DNA of 61,412 nt, the filler included, from Sphacelaria rigidula (lineage: Eukaryota), in NCBI GenBank assembly GCA_964200075.2. It is 9 parts of 9 records of this genome, joined end to end, with 100 filler letters (N's around TTAATTAATTAA, not from the genome) between each part and the next. Parts side by side here need not be neighbours in the genome. Positions count along the whole stretch, not along the records: positions 54,679 to 61,412 come from CAXNAA020018353.1; 8 more parts are not named here. One strand, given 5' to 3'. The translations under genes were made by a program, and so were the position numbers. Shown in pieces: positions 60,955 to 61,412 of the stretch; within the stretch, counting starts at the first letter, position 1, and each line of letters starts with the position of its first letter. The notes beneath the pieces were generated by a model. That model was not told the DNA's origin and searched no databases. It saw only the letters and a list, made by a program, of their open reading frames with translations.

Positions 60955-61412
60955 AGCGTGCTCCGTCCCGGCTTCGTAGGAGCAGACCCCCGATGGAGTT
61001 GGCGTCGGTTGGCGATGACGCTGTAAAACACGCCACTCACTACGTAAGCTGGGCAACCAGTTTTACCGCTTTGTTGCGCGCGCTCGCGTTTTTTTGCGAT
61101 GACCATGATGGTAGTCGAGCTAGATCATGTTGTATGGCGTGGGAGAACCTCAACTCCGCACAATGGGGATGATCGTTCCACGTAGTATTCAAATGTTGAG
61201 GCACCCATGAGGCAGGGTAAAGGCTGTGGCTGTCTCTGGAAGTGGCGATACCAGAAAATGAAGCCCTCATTGTTGGCTGTCATCCAAATCCAAGACAATT
61301 TGGACAATCAGTAGGCTTTGGGCCGAAGAATCCTAGCAGGATGCAGCTCACCCTTCATGCGACTCGCCGAACACACCACGGCGCTCTGCGCTCGGTGATT
61401 GAGTGCGAGCCT
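60955..61412 (+). repeat. Dispersed repeat family A, long copy cut by the window end
   Basis: Reverse complement of 37215-37621. Begins with an extra copy of cgtgctccgtcccggcttcgtagg. Confidence 0.85.

Overview
Eukaryotic, intron-rich, repeat-rich DNA, most likely from a brown alga (Phaeophyceae, Ectocarpus-like). This taxonomic call is an inference from gene and TE content. The window is not one locus. It is nine contigs of near-identical length (6 x 6735 bp, 3 x 6734 bp) joined by 100-bp N-TTAATTAATTAA-N spacers, so adjacency across spacers is meaningless. Spliced partial genes reconstructed by hand: last exon of an MFSD6-like transporter; a 2.7-kb low-complexity exon with a PAM2-like motif; a 7-exon 3' part of an EF-hand-like/TPR protein; the 3' part of MCU with a 20-nt micro-exon; a helical-repeat (myosin-tail-like) protein with a GC-AG intron; the 5' part of an S8 subtilisin with an in-frame stop; and the 3' part of NBP35. 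One whole contig is a circularly permuted Ty3/Gypsy unit (single LTR, PR-RT-RH-IN, chromo-like plus Tudor-like tail) with no visible gag. Also present: a second decayed Gypsy, a LINE endonuclease fragment, tRNA-derived SINEs, several foldback MITEs and a dispersed repeat tied to poly(C)/poly(G) tracts. The most unusual element is a ~200-bp hAT-type MITE whose two arms are 5S rRNA internal-promoter sequence facing each other.
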